A stretch of DNA of 64,000 nt from the NCBI GenBank assembly GCA_965267575.1, contig OZ254086.1, forward strand, positions 2,720,001 to 2,784,000. The letters run 5' to 3'. The notes below the pieces were generated by a model that saw nothing but the letters and a program-made list of their open reading frames with translations, did no database searches and was not told the origin of the DNA. This DNA comes from Calditrichales bacterium. Its GTDB lineage: Bacteria; Calditrichota; Calditrichia; Calditrichales; J004. Shown here one piece after another: positions 63,698 to 64,000 of this stretch (positions within the stretch are counted from its first letter, which is position 1; every line of letters starts with the position of its first letter). Position numbers and translations under genes: made by a program.

Positions 63698-64000
63698 ATG
63701 CGCAGCTTCTTTTTTCTTTTAATCGTTTTTAGTCTTTCCCTGGCCGCCGACATCGATAAGAATTTTCAGAAAAACTTTAATGTCGAGCCGGGTGCTACGT
63801 TGATACTGGAAAGCGGTGACGGTGATGTCTTCGTCCGGGTATGGGATAAATCGGAAATTTCTATTGAGGTCAGGTATTTGCTTGAGGATCGTTATGCTTC
63901 TAAAAGCGCAATACGAGACTTTGATGTGGAATTTGTCCAACGCGGAAAAGACATATTTGTAAAAGGGAACGAATACCGCGAGAAAAGATGGTTTCAGTCC
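63698..64000 (+). CDS. Exported DUF4097-like beta-strand repeat protein (3' truncated; not in ORF track)
   Basis: SD GGAGGA; MRSFFFLLIVFSLSLAADIDKNFQKNFNVEPGATLILESGDGDVFVRVWDKSEISIEV; frame open to window end. Confidence 0.7.
   Translation, partial: MRSFFFLLIVFSLSLAADIDKNFQKNFNVEPGATLILESGDGDVFVRVWDKSEISIEVRYLLEDRYASKSAIRDFDVEFVQRGKDIFVKGNEYREKRWFQS

Noticed and set aside
63719..63940. Minus-strand 73-aa ORF
   Set aside because: Antisense to a better + strand gene (63698 onward) that has an SD and signal peptide.
62942..64000. Possible integrative element at tRNA-Lys
   Set aside because: No integrase, and no duplicated tRNA 3' end is visible within the window.

Overview
A 64 kb bacterial chromosomal segment, almost entirely + strand and mostly housekeeping. 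The likely source is a diderm FCB-adjacent lineage such as Calditrichota or Ignavibacteria; this is inferred from BamD, T9SS-type C-terminal sorting domains, and Bacteroidetes/Chlorobi-like AtpB, AtpE and SecA. It contains a CHASE2 adenylate cyclase, der, and a parA-parB-M23-bactofilin block joined to a complete F1Fo ATP synthase operon. It also holds aspS, phoH, thiolase/hbd, nusB, secA, bamD, nadD, accB/accC, gcvH, pdxS/pdxT, several response regulators, a VapBC-like pair and tRNA-Lys(UUU). Three items stand out. (1) A self-contained seven-gene TPR/TPR/GltF-like/AglR/AglQ/AglS/GltG-like operon (18795-29534) resembles the core of the myxobacterial Agl-Glt motor; one of its two ExbD-like subunits naturally carries Asn instead of the essential Asp. 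(2) An orphan microcompartment pentamer gene (EutN/CcmL) overlaps an ACT-domain gene whose extra N-terminus looks like tandem encapsulation peptides, followed by a DUF711 enzyme, suggesting an undescribed BMC cargo. (3) A candidate sigma54-driven, GGA-hairpin (Csr/Rsm-like) small RNA lies near the right end. No CRISPR array, rRNA, transposase or integrase was seen. All family assignments come from motif recognition, not database searches.
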